64,000 bases of DNA from an uncultured Candidatus Saccharibacteria bacterium. GTDB taxonomy: Bacteria > Patescibacteriota > CAZHWT01. The notes under the pieces were generated by a model. That model was not told the DNA's origin. It was given only the letters and a program-made list of their open reading frames with translations, and ran no database searches. The position numbers were made by a program, and so were the translations under genes. Positions 10,595 through 21,567 of the stretch are shown piece by piece. The number at the start of each line of letters is the position of its first letter. Position 1 is the stretch's first letter. The stretch lies in NCBI GenBank assembly GCA_964536215.1, contig CAZHWT010000002.1:20573-84572 (forward strand). Reading direction: 5' to 3'.

Positions 10595-10873
10595 ATGACC
10601 ATTAATTGCGACCATCTCGATCAAATTCGTCCCGTCGAACCTCAAACGCCTAATGGTTGTCAGGAGTGTCTAGTAAGTGGCGATAAATGGGTCCATCTGC
10701 GCCTGTGCATGACCTGTGGTCACGTTGGCTGCTGCGACAGTTCCCCCAACCAACACGCCACCAAGCACTTTCACGACACGCAGCACGCCATTATGCAATC
10801 TTTTGAACCCGAAGAGGACTGGCTTTATTGTTTTATTGACGAAATTCAATTTGAACCATTCGATATTTATTAG
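10595..10873 (+). CDS. UBP-type zinc finger domain protein
   Basis: CDHL...CQEC...WVHLRLCMTCGHVGCCDSS...HATKH. Confidence 0.92.
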   Translation: MTINCDHLDQIRPVEPQTPNGCQECLVSGDKWVHLRLCMTCGHVGCCDSSPNQHATKHFHDTQHAIMQSFEPEEDWLYCFIDEIQFEPFDIY

Positions 10874-10972
10874 TAAGCGGCCAGACGGAGGTAGCCAGCT
10901 ACACGTTCAGATTTAAAAAACAAATTCTATTTTCTATTTTCTACTTTCTATTTTCTAAAAAAGGAGCCTTAT

Positions 10973-11341
10973 ATGCTAAATCTAAGTTCCATTATGGTCG
11001 GCACCATGCAATTAGATACAATGGTTGAGTTCTATAACAAAATTTTTGATCGGGAACCAGTTATGGTGGACGAAGCTGGTAGTGGTTGGATGGTGGGAGA
11101 ATGTTTCTTTAGTGTCATGGAGCATTCGGAGATGGGTGGTCCGTCTAAGGACCCAGGTAGAATTATGATCACCTTGGCCACTGCCGAAGTCAAAGAGGAA
11201 TTCGAGCGCATGAAAAACGCCGGCGCCACGCCTATTAAAGAGCCATATGAAATGCAAGGCATGTGGATCGCCACCCTCGCCGACCCCGACAACAACTACT
11301 TCCAACTCATGACCCCATGGGAAGATTCGCAAGAAAAGTAG
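10973..11341 (+). CDS. VOC/glyoxalase family protein
   Basis: FY near the N-terminus; GAT...P...W...DPDNNYFQL. Confidence 0.88.
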   Translation: MLNLSSIMVGTMQLDTMVEFYNKIFDREPVMVDEAGSGWMVGECFFSVMEHSEMGGPSKDPGRIMITLATAEVKEEFERMKNAGATPIKEPYEMQGMWIATLADPDNNYFQLMTPWEDSQEK

Positions 11342-11410
11342 CCATTAAGACTAATTGGCTCGTAATAGCTCGGACATAATCGTAGACGATAAAGATAGTC
11401 TTAAAATAAC

Positions 11411-11442
11411 AAAGGACCGATCTTGCCAGATCGGTCCTTTTT
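11411..11442 (+). terminator. Rho-independent terminator
   Basis: AAAGGACCGATCT/AGATCGGTCCTTT stem followed by T-run. Confidence 0.8.
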
Positions 11443-11588
11443 GGCTAACTACGATTGACAACCCGTCTAGCTATAGCATTCATTGTGCTAACTGTAATAT
11501 TGACGGGTAAGCTTATAGCGATTATAATCAACGCTATTGCAGATTATTTGCCAGGCACGGGTTTGGCCATACCTGCAATAAAGAGGAG

Positions 11589-11960
11589 ATGAGCACCATG
11601 GTGACAGGGGTATCGGATCAACCATTGGCTGAGACTAAACTGGTCGAATGTGACCAGTTTCCATCTTCAATTTTCATTCACGTCTCTGAAGAGATCATTG
11701 AAGCAGCTGACCGGTTCCGCGGAAAGGCGGATAAGTGCCCGTTAGCCATGGCGGCGCGATTGGCGCTCTCGTCCATGGGTACCGATATTGAAGTCAGGGT
11801 TCGCGAGTTTGACTATGAGCATATTGAAATCGAGGTCTGGCCTGCCGGCTGTAGCTGTGGCTATTACCAGATCAATGACATTGCTCATGTTGTTCGGGAT
11901 TGGGACGATGGCAAGCCCATGCAGTCATTCAAAGCTACTGCACACTTCGTGACGCTGTAA
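11589..11960 (+). CDS. Hypothetical protein
   Basis: GAGGAG RBS; promoter TTGACG-17-TATAAT at 11500-11528; downstream terminator. Confidence 0.65.
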   Translation: MSTMVTGVSDQPLAETKLVECDQFPSSIFIHVSEEIIEAADRFRGKADKCPLAMAARLALSSMGTDIEVRVREFDYEHIEIEVWPAGCSCGYYQINDIAHVVRDWDDGKPMQSFKATAHFVTL

Positions 11961-12113
11961 GCTTCAGGCCAGTCGGTCAGTGGTTATTACCACTCGCCCG
12001 ACTGGCTTTTTTAAATTTTGCTATGTTTCGCTATGGCATCCGTTACACCTGGTATATAAAAAAATATAAAAAGAACAGCGCCGATAGCTCGGCGCTGTAA
12101 TAAATTTGCCCGA

Positions 12114-12380
12114 CTAGGCAAACGGAAATTTTGGCCTATTAATATGCCAATTTTCAGCTGATTCCATCTCCGTAATCGCTGAGTCGATCTCAACTATTAG
12201 ACCAGCAGCCTCTTGGCTAATATCCGGAAAGCCACACAGCTCTTCAACCTGACTGCGCAACCTGCGCAGCTGGTCAAGGATTGAGTCCATTTCGCTCCGC
12301 CCACAGGGCTTTACTGAAATGTAAAGAAAGTGAAAGGCTTCCACCTTTTTCTTTAGCATATCTGCTGGGGAAAGTGACAT
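12114..12380 (-). CDS. Hypothetical protein
   Basis: GGAGGA RBS; downstream hairpin. Confidence 0.5.
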   Translation of the reverse strand: MSLSPADMLKKKVEAFHFLYISVKPCGRSEMDSILDQLRRLRSQVEELCGFPDISQEAAGLIVEIDSAITEMESAENWHINRPKFPFA

Positions 12381-12490
12381 TGCGTCCTCCTTGGTTGCAG
12401 GTAAAGCAAAACGACGATAGCAATATACCCTATAGCCATCATATTGTAAAGCCCCATGGTACCTATAAGGCCACCGATATCGTACCCTAA

Positions 12491-12805
12491 CTAAGAACGC
12501 TTCTTGGCAGGAATAGACGCAGCAATAGCCAGTAAGATTTCTTTCAAGTCAGGGTCGGCATACATATCCTCTTCAACAACGTAGTACGGCTTAGATCCTG
12601 GATAGGGCTGACCTTGCTCATAACGTTCCATCAGAGCTGATGACGCTGGCACTATTTTGATGAACAATGTATCGTCACAAATAAACCCCACCGTCTTACC
12701 GTTAGCGTACAATGCATACTCGCCAAACATCGGTCGGACACTAAAAGTAGACTGATCACCTAAGCTGTCAAGGATATGCGCCGCAGTAGCTTTGGAAGTA
12801 GCCAT
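12491..12805 (-). CDS. TfoX/Sxy N-terminal domain protein
   Basis: RPMFGEYALY...GFICDDTLFIK...PYPGSK. Confidence 0.9.
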   Translation of the reverse strand: MATSKATAAHILDSLGDQSTFSVRPMFGEYALYANGKTVGFICDDTLFIKIVPASSALMERYEQGQPYPGSKPYYVVEEDMYADPDLKEILLAIAASIPAKKRS

Positions 12806-12944
12806 AGGAATAGTCTAGCACTTCAACCATTCAGGCGCACATGTTCCATTTCCGTGGCCAGGCCCTATACGACTAATAAGATCATATAAAATGCCGGCGG
12901 ATTGCAAAGAATCGCCGGCATGGTAAACACAAAATTCACGCTCC

Positions 12945-13361
12945 CTAGCCATTACTCACATTCAGTGACAACAGCCGTTTTCGGTTCTCGGGTCGCTTCA
13001 TGTACGCTGTCGCCTCCTCAATCTCCCAATCTGGAATCGCCACACGTACATTATAGATCATAAAGTCATGGCGGTCATAACAATCCCATTGCCAAATGGC
13101 AAAGTAGGCCGCTTGCTCAATGCTGTCATAATGAGCCGGGTTTTCAAGACAGCCTTGGTCGTATAGCAGCGAAAAGACATCAGTATGGTGTGGCTGGTCT
13201 TGGTATTCTGCCAATGCAGTCAATGCGGCCACCAGACCATACTTTTCCACCAACATAGCCAACTCTATGGCTACATTGGTCGGCCGCAGCACGCCTCGAT
13301 TCATGTGCTTGGCTACGGCAATTGCTTCGTGCATTTCATCGCTACTAATCACCTCTCTCAT
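12945..13361 (-). CDS. Hypothetical protein
   Basis: AAGGAG RBS, own promoter and terminator. Confidence 0.65.
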   Translation of the reverse strand: MREVISSDEMHEAIAVAKHMNRGVLRPTNVAIELAMLVEKYGLVAALTALAEYQDQPHHTDVFSLLYDQGCLENPAHYDSIEQAAYFAIWQWDCYDRHDFMIYNVRVAIPDWEIEEATAYMKRPENRKRLLSLNVSNG

Positions 13362-13565
13362 CTTGTGCTCCTTCTGCTGTTCTCTGCTGCCAACCTAGTC
13401 GCAGACAATCTGCCACCAAGCGGCGGCAGCATAAGATAAACCATCTTATCTGTCAATATGAACTAATTCCAATATACAGATGGGTAATTAAATCAGGCTT
13501 GTCTTTGGGTCAACCATCTGATAAGGTAACGGCAAGGTTTTTTGGTCGCTAAAAAGGAGAAAGAC

Positions 13566-14159
13566 ATGACCAAACAAATTATCGGCCTAGATGTCGACGG
13601 AGTGATTGCTGACTATTTCACCCCCCTGCTGATTCACATCAACCAGTTGCTGGGTACCAGTCATCGCTATGAAGATTGTATTTCTCACAATCTGGCTGAG
13701 TCTTTTGGCATTTCGGTGGAAGAGATGCGCAAATTGCTCATTGATTTTGAGACCGACGAACTGATTGCCAACCTGCCGCCTCTGGAGGGGGCATTGGAAG
13801 CCATTGCCTTGCTGCAGACCAAGTACGATATTGCCATTATCACCAGTCGTCGTACTGAGTGGCAAGCAGCGACGGCTGCCTGGCTAGACCAATATTTTTC
13901 GGCCGTCCAAGTGTATTACACTATTGGCCGCAACAACACCTTCGCCGGCGGACCCAACCGCCTGCATAAACCTCAGGTAGCCGAACAAATCGGCGCTTTT
14001 TGTCTGATCGAAGACAATGAGCAGGAATTCTATCACTGGGACTCTGATAAAGTTGAGCCCATCTGCTTTGCTCAACCCTGGAATCGTGGTCTTATTGCGA
14101 CTCACCCCCACATTCCGCGCCTGCGGTGGCCAGAAATTATCAGCCGGCTAATGTCATAG
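13566..14159 (+). CDS. HAD-superfamily 5'(3')-deoxyribonucleotidase (NT5C-like)
   Basis: DVDGV, ITSR, K, LIED and QPWN motifs. Confidence 0.88.
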   Translation: MTKQIIGLDVDGVIADYFTPLLIHINQLLGTSHRYEDCISHNLAESFGISVEEMRKLLIDFETDELIANLPPLEGALEAIALLQTKYDIAIITSRRTEWQAATAAWLDQYFSAVQVYYTIGRNNTFAGGPNRLHKPQVAEQIGAFCLIEDNEQEFYHWDSDKVEPICFAQPWNRGLIATHPHIPRLRWPEIISRLMS

Positions 14160-14259
14160 CTGGCCTGGACAGCGGTCGCTCCCGCTGTCCGCTTTACTTT
14201 TCAAATGTAGACAAAAAAGAAAGTCCGCCCAGAATGAGTCTGTGCGGACTTGGAATAGC

Positions 14260-14781
14260 CTACTCCTTCGCTTTATTGGCGGATTCGGCTTTGCGCCGCT
14301 CGGCTTCCTGTTGTATACCAAGATGTGTCCAAGTAGAGAACCACTCTTGGTATTCCAGAACATCGCTAGCATCGTGCGGGTTGTCCATCAACCCAGCCAA
14401 CCAGTGCGGCATATATGCTGGCAGCATAGTAAAGTCGCCGATCACCGCCTCTTTTGTAAACACGTAGCCGGCAATGGCCATCCGCAATAGCGTCGCCATT
14501 TGCTCTAGCGAGACGCGTTTGTACTCCTTGTAGAACTCCTGCGTCGCGATATGCTCATCAAACATATCCGAAATTGTTGGCAACAGCGACTCACGCAGGT
14601 CATCGCGGTGGCCATTATCCCCTTCGCGATACTGGGGCGTCGACTTATAGAGTCGGTCGATCAGGTCTTGCCCAGTTGGTACATCAGTTAGACGGGCGAA
14701 CATCAATGGGCGTCCCCGCCCATCTCGCGGCAAGTCTTTCAGACGTTTACCGGCGAGCTTGCGATTGAATAGTTTAACCAT
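14260..14781 (-). CDS. Hypothetical protein
   Basis: AAGGAG RBS; 173 aa; downstream terminator. Confidence 0.65.
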   Translation of the reverse strand: MVKLFNRKLAGKRLKDLPRDGRGRPLMFARLTDVPTGQDLIDRLYKSTPQYREGDNGHRDDLRESLLPTISDMFDEHIATQEFYKEYKRVSLEQMATLLRMAIAGYVFTKEAVIGDFTMLPAYMPHWLAGLMDNPHDASDVLEYQEWFSTWTHLGIQQEAERRKAESANKAKE

Positions 14782-15013
14782 TGTGCTCTCCTTGACCTAG
14801 TCCTAGAAGTAGACCTATAGTATATACGATAGCCGTAAAAAAGGCAAGTTTTCACTTATTTTCGCACACTAGCCATCCGCCTCAACTCAAGCCCCATCTC
14901 CCGACCAACAAAAACACCATTACCTAAAACCAATCCCCCCCAATTGACGACCTGTCGTCAAAGTAGTATAAACAATCACTGTTGTCACGCTTACCTGTTA
15001 CGAAGGAGAGAAC

Positions 15014-15514
15014 ATGGTCAAATTAGGCAAGTTGTTAAGGCAACTCCAACCGGGGTCGAATCGCCAATCTGTTAGGCGGACGCACATTGTCCAAACGCTC
15101 GATCCTGTGGAAGAAACAATCAGGCTGCAGACCCATCTGAATCAGGGCAATCTGACCACCATACTCCCATTGTCCGTTTCACTCCATGATTGCCGCTTCT
15201 TTGAAGTTCTGGATGGACTGCAAGAACGTGGTTGGATTGCTTTACCGACCAGTTCAGTAGCTGAACAACAAGCCGCCTTTGAGCAGGCTTTTGGATTGCA
15301 GCTGGTAGAAATTCCAGAACCACTCCTCGCCGATTCCGACGTAGATCAAATCAACCAGATTTACGTATATAGAATTGAGGAGATTGAGAGCGGCGGGCAG
15401 CGACTTCTGTCATTGTTTGGCCCTTGGGCCGATAGGATCGGAATCTGCCTATGTGCCGGCCTCGACTTTGGGCGTGGTCGAGTTGACATAACGCTGGCCT
15501 ATCCCGCTATCTAA
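15014..15514 (+). CDS. Hypothetical protein
   Basis: AAGGAG RBS, TTGACG promoter, terminator ~15525-15550. Confidence 0.6.
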   Translation: MVKLGKLLRQLQPGSNRQSVRRTHIVQTLDPVEETIRLQTHLNQGNLTTILPLSVSLHDCRFFEVLDGLQERGWIALPTSSVAEQQAAFEQAFGLQLVEIPEPLLADSDVDQINQIYVYRIEEIESGGQRLLSLFGPWADRIGICLCAGLDFGRGRVDITLAYPAI

Positions 15515-15674
15515 AAACCACATTGGGGAGCCACCTTGGCTCCCTTTTTTCGTAAGCATTATGCCTAAACACAAGCATCTCTAATAAACAAGCTAAGAAA
15601 AGACCTATATTGAAAAATACAGGGCTGTGTGTCAGAATAGTGGTGTAGTTTTTGACGCAATCAGGAGAGAAGAG

Positions 15675-16091
15675 ATGCAGATGTATGTAAAGTGTCCGCT
15701 GTGTGATCGGGAGTGGGATCTGGAGTTCAACTACTGTCCTATCGACGGACGATCGCTTAAAGCGGCCAAGGCAGAAGTACTTCATCCGGGCCGCTACCTT
15801 CCAGAATTGCCAGTGGCAGACAATGCTGATCTTAGCCGACTGTACGCGGATGTATTCGGTCAAATGTCGGATGCCCCCAAACCAGATGTGGTGCAGGTCA
15901 GGAACTGGCTATCCAGTATGAACAAGCAGTGGGCTCAAGTGCTGATTCATTACTACGGCCTCGGTAGCCAACCGCCGCAAACATATGCGCAAATTGGAGC
16001 AATGGCGGGAGTCAGGGGTGCAGGCATACGGGCAAAAGCCGAAAATGCTCGCCGCCGCATTCGCCAATTTGAGCGAGAAAGCCGTCGCTAA
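15675..16091 (+). CDS. Zinc-ribbon plus sigma70 region 4-like HTH protein
   Basis: CPLC...YCPIDG at the N-terminus; HYYGL...QTYAQIG...GV...IR...ARRRIR at the C-terminus. Confidence 0.7.
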   Translation: MQMYVKCPLCDREWDLEFNYCPIDGRSLKAAKAEVLHPGRYLPELPVADNADLSRLYADVFGQMSDAPKPDVVQVRNWLSSMNKQWAQVLIHYYGLGSQPPQTYAQIGAMAGVRGAGIRAKAENARRRIRQFERESRR

Positions 16092-16566
16092 AGCAACGGC
16101 TTCCACGTACTAGTGGCTCTGGCCGTTAAAACCAGAGTCACTTTCGCCTTCACATTAAAACCGTAAATGATTGTGCCTTTGGTAACCAGCACGCAACAAG
16201 CTACGTGCCTGGTGCTTAACCAGCGGCAAGCAGGTGAAGACAGTGACAACTGAATTGGAGGAAGACAAGCCTGATCTGTGGCAAGGGCGCAGCCACCAGT
16301 GGACATTCAAATGCTCAGACCATGCCAGCTTTGGCCAGTGGTTGTACTGCCTGCTAAGCTGGCTCTTTTTATATCCAAAAAAGGAAAACAAAGTTAAAAA
16401 TAAAGATTGTGCAAAAAGGCACAAAAAATCCCGCCTGGTGGCGGGTAATGTATATATGAATAATACTACACTCGTCTCGAATCTGTCAAATTTTGGCCCA
16501 AACTGATTAAAAAATTTACCGTTTTTGCACCACCCTTAAAAACTGGTCGCAGGATATACTATAGCT

Positions 16567-16767
16567 ATGGAATATATATTATTCGCCGCCGTTGCTGCTG
16601 CAGTGTCGCTGATTGTTTTTGTCCATAAGGGTACCGTATTAGAAGATGGTAAATGTCCAAAATGCCGCCACCCTTTAACGTTACGCGAAGGTAAGTTTGG
16701 CCAATTCTGGGGCTGCACTAACTACCCTGCCTGTAAATACACACGCAAAGCACTGCGGTCAAAATAA
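16567..16767 (+). CDS. Membrane-anchored topoisomerase-type C4 zinc finger protein
   Basis: TM helix, then CPKC...REGKFGQFWGCTNYPACKYT. Confidence 0.85.
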   Translation: MEYILFAAVAAAVSLIVFVHKGTVLEDGKCPKCRHPLTLREGKFGQFWGCTNYPACKYTRKALRSK

Positions 16768-16785
16768 AGACAGGTTGGAATATGC

Positions 16786-16968
16786 CTACTTTTTCCAATC
16801 CTCCACTACAAGCTTTTTACCAGACAGCTTTACCGTCACCTTCTGCTTAACCCGCCAACCTAGTTTACGAATCGCTTCAATTGGCAACGTTATGCCCACA
16901 CTGTCCCCTCTAGTATTTAGTTTGCGTACTTCTCTATCTTCAGAATTTCGATTTGCCAAAACAATCAC
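16786..16968 (-). CDS. AbrB/MazE/SpoVT-family DNA-binding protein
   Basis: VRKL...SVGITLPIEAIRKLGW...V.V...LVVEDW. Confidence 0.8.
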   Translation of the reverse strand: MIVLANRNSEDREVRKLNTRGDSVGITLPIEAIRKLGWRVKQKVTVKLSGKKLVVEDWKK

Positions 16969-17126
16969 CGGCTTTCCATGCTGAACCCAATTTAATCGGG
17001 CTACATAGCCAATTAAATGGCTATTTAAATATCCATTTATCCATTAGCTAAACCATACTCCCAAACAGCCAGGCGTGTCAAAAAGAAAACCCCGCCTACT
17101 CGGCGGGGTACGAACAAGCATTCAAT

Positions 17127-17765
17127 TTAAGGCGTAAATTTCGTGGTCTCAGCCGGCTCCCAAAAGTCATAGGTAATAATGCCGTCCTCCTGCCAGCGGC
17201 CGACAATAGCGATACCTTCCCAACAACAGTTCCAACGGCCACAGCCGAGAGCGTAGGTATTTCCACTCTCCTCTTGCTTATAGGTGGTTATTGAAAAATC
17301 CTGACCTGTGACAGAGTCGAGGTTGTAAAAAACCACCCCATCGCCAGGGAGAATCGGAAGGCCGCACACGCAGCATCTGATTGCCACCTTAGCCAAGTGC
17401 TCTACATTGCAGGCCGGGCAACGTAACTGCCTGATTTCATCGTATGGAGAATAGCGGTCGCCCCAGAGTCGGACCTCATACCACTTGGGCCCGGTATGCC
17501 CGCATTGACTGTGGATGATTTCGGTAGATTCGTTTTCTGGCGGAGCCACTTCAACCCAATCGACAATCGACGGGTCTTGTTCCGGTACCATTGGCTCCAT
17601 ATCGGCCCCAACGGCAAGAATCAGCTCTAAGCCCGGGATAGAAGGGGGCTTATCCCTCAGTGCCGGCTTTCTGTCTCCTCCCTTGTTCACGTTTGCTACT
17701 GACTCCGGATGGTCAGACTCACTAGTCGATGACTTGCCCATTATCCAACGTCGTAGCCTCTGCAT
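17127..17765 (-). CDS. Hypothetical Cys-rich protein
   Basis: AAGGAG RBS; several CxxC motifs. Confidence 0.6.
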   Translation of the reverse strand: MQRLRRWIMGKSSTSESDHPESVANVNKGGDRKPALRDKPPSIPGLELILAVGADMEPMVPEQDPSIVDWVEVAPPENESTEIIHSQCGHTGPKWYEVRLWGDRYSPYDEIRQLRCPACNVEHLAKVAIRCCVCGLPILPGDGVVFYNLDSVTGQDFSITTYKQEESGNTYALGCGRWNCCWEGIAIVGRWQEDGIITYDFWEPAETTKFTP

Positions 17766-18506
17766 CCTGTCTCCTTTGCGAAAACCAGTAAACCTCACTC
17801 TTCTACCATAATGCCACTATCAGGTCAACGGTCGGACGGGCATGCGTTAAGAGTAAAAGAAATCCCCACCTAAAAGACCGAGTTATTGGTTAAAACCAAC
17901 CGCGAAAAGCATCCAGACCTTCCAAGTCCTTATCTCAGAAGACCTAGCTTGCCTTACCTATCGATACGTTCATTTATGCAAGTTTAATGGTAATAAAATC
18001 TCGATTAAATCATGAAAAACGGCATGCTGTCGTACTGTCAAAGCCGACAGAGCTGCAGCCCTTAAACTAAACTTGCAAACAAACTGATGACAGGATACAA
18101 CTCGCTGCCGCCACACAATTTCTATTTTGTAAAATTAGTGCTATTTCTTCCAATCCTCCACCCCCAACTTCTTCCCAGACAAGTTAACCGTCACTTGCTG
18201 CTTAACTCGCCAACCTGGTTTATGAATCGTTTCTACAGGTGTGGTCAAATCTATACTATCGCCCGATTTTCCTCACTTTCTGACTGTTCGTTGTTCAGAA
18301 TTATGATTAGATATATTGCTCACCGGCTTTCTCACAAACCCAAATAAATAGGGATTTAAGTCCCTATTTATTCACTACCCCACTCCCAAACAGGCAGGCA
18401 TGTCAAAAGCTGGAGTGCAGGGGAGGTGAACATCTTCCATAACCATAAAAGAACCCCGCATTTACCTAAAATGCGGGGCACGTCTGTCCCAGTTGGCTAG
18501 CCTAAC

Positions 18507-18788
18507 TCATCTCTCCTTCCGCCACATCGCTTGGGTTTGGTGGCATTTGGTATAGCAATTTGGGCAATACCGGATATACATTCCCCAACTGTTCGCAGAG
18601 TCGCGATCGATTGGTTTCTCCTTAATTACCTCGGACCATGGGGCAAAAAAGGTATGGACGCCGTTGCCAAGTGGCTTCCAGTGGCTAAACGGCACATTGC
18701 ATTCGGGGCACCGCTCTGACTTCGGTTCCGTCGTTCCGTAGTAGTCGTAGATGGTGGTGCCATAGCCCGAAGCTAATACTCTAGACAC
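18507..18788 (-). CDS. Hypothetical protein with two CxxC motifs
   Basis: CPEC and CPNC; GTG start with GGAG RBS; downstream terminator. Confidence 0.5.
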   Translation of the reverse strand: MSRVLASGYGTTIYDYYGTTEPKSERCPECNVPFSHWKPLGNGVHTFFAPWSEVIKEKPIDRDSANSWGMYIRYCPNCYTKCHQTQAMWRKER

Positions 18789-19001
18789 ACTCCCTGTCCT
18801 TTCACCTGCCAATAACCAATTTGTCCTGGCTAATAGTAATAGCATGCTAGCCAAAGAGCAAGTGGAGCAGCTCGCTGCTTTTAACAGAATTATTTAGGTA
18901 GATAAAAATTTCAACAGAGGCTATGCTTTATATACACACAACCAGAAAATATGCTAGCATTAATATAACATAAGCAAAAAACTAACTAGAAGGTAGCTAC
19001 T

Positions 19002-19460
19002 ATGCCAATTAGCCAAAAAATAACTCCCAACCTATGGTTCGACCATAACGCCAAAGAAGCCGTTGATTACTACATCTCGGTTTTTTCTAACAGCAAAATT
19101 AATAATATCGCCTATTACCCTACCGAAGGTTTGGCCGATTTTCAACAGGAGTTTGCTGGTAAAGAGCTGTCGATAGACTTTGAGTTGGATGGAGTAAGCT
19201 TTACGGCCATAAACGCCGGTTCCGAATTTAAATTTAACGAATCAGTATCATTTTCCATCACCTGTAAAGACCAAGAGGAGATTGATTATTTTTGGAGCAA
19301 ATTATCTGCGGTGCCAGAATCCGAACAATGCGGCTGGTGCAAAGACCAATTCGGCCTATCCTGGCAAGTCGTACCCGCTAATATGGGCGAACTCATGTCC
19401 AAACGCGACGCCTTCGCCCACATGATGCAAATGAAGAAGCTGGTCATTGCCGATTTTTAA
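19002..19460 (+). CDS. PhnB-like VOC protein (3-demethylubiquinone-9 3-methyltransferase family)
   Basis: KITPNLWF, CKDQEEIDYFW and CGWCKDQFGLSWQV motifs. Confidence 0.92.
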   Translation: MPISQKITPNLWFDHNAKEAVDYYISVFSNSKINNIAYYPTEGLADFQQEFAGKELSIDFELDGVSFTAINAGSEFKFNESVSFSITCKDQEEIDYFWSKLSAVPESEQCGWCKDQFGLSWQVVPANMGELMSKRDAFAHMMQMKKLVIADF

Positions 19461-19676
19461 ACAACTCAACCCAATGTTACTGCTACTAATCTTCTGTGTA
19501 TAAAATAAACTTCGCCAATCGACAGGCGAATGCAGGGGATTAGAATAGTAGTCCAAGTCGCGTTGAAATGTAGTTATACCTCTGTTCCCTACGCTCTAAT
19601 GCTTCAAAATCATTCGATTTGCTGCGATGGTGTACTATTAAGGTTAAGCAACTATACAAGATAAGGAATAATATTT

Positions 19677-20279
19677 ATGAAAATAACTTTTGAGCTCCCA
19701 ATAGATAGCAAAGTTCATCAGTATTGTACGAATTGCCTACAGGAAAGCGTAGAAAGAGTTTTTGTGGATGGAAAGACATACTATAAGTGCAACAACTGTC
19801 AACAGACTCTGCCGCGCAGCCTGGTTATCGATCCGCAGGTAACATGGTGGGTAGATCAGGAAACCAAAGAATATTGGCATGAGAGTGTCGGTATAATAAT
19901 TTCCAATCGCAATAAAAAAATACTATTGTTTGACAGAAAGATTTTTCCATTCGCTCTAACTATTCCCGCGGGTCATTTGGATGCTGATGAAGAGCCATTG
20001 CTGGCTGCTGTGAGAGAAGTTAGCGAAGAAGTCGGCGCTACTCCGCTTGACGTAGCATTATTTTCCCAAGAAGATGTCATTGGCGATGAATGTCGACGCG
20101 GTGCTGATGCTCATCGTTGGAGTTTATTCACCGGTACGCTAAGCGACACTACACCCTTGACACTAAATGATGAGGCTGCTGACGCAGTCTGGCTAACCAT
20201 CGATGAAGCCCTAAACAAAGAATTAACGTATCCGCTGCGCTATTTCTTGCAAAAATACGGCTCGCAATTGATTAAGTAA
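19677..20279 (+). CDS. NUDIX hydrolase with N-terminal zinc ribbon
   Basis: PAGH...E...AAVREVSEEVG Nudix box; CTNC and CNNC. Confidence 0.9.
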   Translation: MKITFELPIDSKVHQYCTNCLQESVERVFVDGKTYYKCNNCQQTLPRSLVIDPQVTWWVDQETKEYWHESVGIIISNRNKKILLFDRKIFPFALTIPAGHLDADEEPLLAAVREVSEEVGATPLDVALFSQEDVIGDECRRGADAHRWSLFTGTLSDTTPLTLNDEAADAVWLTIDEALNKELTYPLRYFLQKYGSQLIK

Positions 20280-20332
20280 CTAAAACCACTATGGGCAGGT
20301 AAGCGCTATGGCGCCAACCTGCCCTGGGAATA

Positions 20333-21073
20333 CTAGATCTTCATCCCTAATCGCTCAACCTCCTGCTCGATAGCAGAGGTCAAGCTGTCCACTTGCTGAA
20401 TCCGCTTACGGAACAGAGGCCAACCCGTTTCAGCGGCTGTTTGCTCTGGTGGATGACGGTAATCAACCTCAACCACTTTCCATGGTAACCCGTCACGAAT
20501 GATCCGCAGTTTGGGGATATGGATACTATCCCACCGGTCTCCGTACTCTCCTTGGTAGTCCAGATAGTACTGAACTGCCCGTTTGCTCAGAACAGTTGGT
20601 CCCCAACCAAAATCACAATCGATTCCGGTCAGGTATTTTGTAGCCAGCGCGATGAGCTGGTAGGCCATGGCCTGTTCTGGCGGATATGAGGCAAGGCTCT
20701 TCCGCCGCAACATCACCAGGTCATAGCCATGGTCGGTCACGTCCGCTGCAGCTTCGCCTAGTAGTGGCACCAGAGGGTATTTCTCTGGCTCCATCCATAC
20801 GATAGCCGATCGCTCCGATGAGACCGCCAACGCCCGCCGCAATGCCTGCCGCCTGGCCTTACCCATGCCGGGCTCATTCTGCGCATAAATGATAGCTCCC
20901 AGAGATTTAATGGCATTATAGTAGACTGTTGGCGAATCAGCGTCGACCGTTACTAGCCTGTAATCATAGTTTAGAGCTGCCTCAACTGTTTTTAGTGAAC
21001 ACTCCACCCGCACCCGCTCCTGTTCAGAGCCATACGAGGCTAGTGTCGTTGTCGCGATAACCGTCTGACTCAT
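20333..21073 (-). CDS. Putative GT-A fold glycosyltransferase-like protein
   Basis: VTVDADS, GMGKARRQAL and IVWMEPEK resemble a degenerate GT2 core. Confidence 0.5.
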   Translation of the reverse strand: MSQTVIATTTLASYGSEQERVRVECSLKTVEAALNYDYRLVTVDADSPTVYYNAIKSLGAIIYAQNEPGMGKARRQALRRALAVSSERSAIVWMEPEKYPLVPLLGEAAADVTDHGYDLVMLRRKSLASYPPEQAMAYQLIALATKYLTGIDCDFGWGPTVLSKRAVQYYLDYQGEYGDRWDSIHIPKLRIIRDGLPWKVVEVDYRHPPEQTAAETGWPLFRKRIQQVDSLTSAIEQEVERLGMKI

Positions 21074-21567
21074 GCCTGCTTCTCCTTCGCGAGTAATATG
21101 AGTATCAAACAGAACGATGAGGGAATTATACCAAACTATGGGCTTATGTCAAGCTCAAAATGTTATGCAAATAAAGTACGCACCCCTTTACACAATGGAA
21201 CTAGACCTAGATAGGTGATTAACTGGGCTAAAAAAGAAAACCCCGCAGAATGTCGGCGGGGTGGGATTGTGAGTCGTGTGGACACGTAGTCTTTAGTCAG
21301 CCAGTGTCTCAATCAAAGCTGACAGAAATGACGTAGTCACGTGATCCGTTGCTGGAACTAGCTTTTGTCGGGCATAGTTTAGGAGTTCACCGTTAAAAAG
21401 ACTGTCGCACAGCCTCTTTCTCATGCCCGTCTCCTTTGTTATATGGCCAAAGTGCTCAACGTTTTCGATAATACCACACTCATGCCACGTCCCCGTTGAT
21501 GGAAGACTTCTGATCAAAAAACCCCGCCGGAGTCCGGCGGGGTAACAATAACTAATTTTTCGTCTGT

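Noticed and set aside
16088-16506. ORFs 16088-16306, 16155-16424 and 16234-16506
   Set aside because: Mutually overlapping, no motifs, and one runs through a terminator-like hairpin; cannot be supported.
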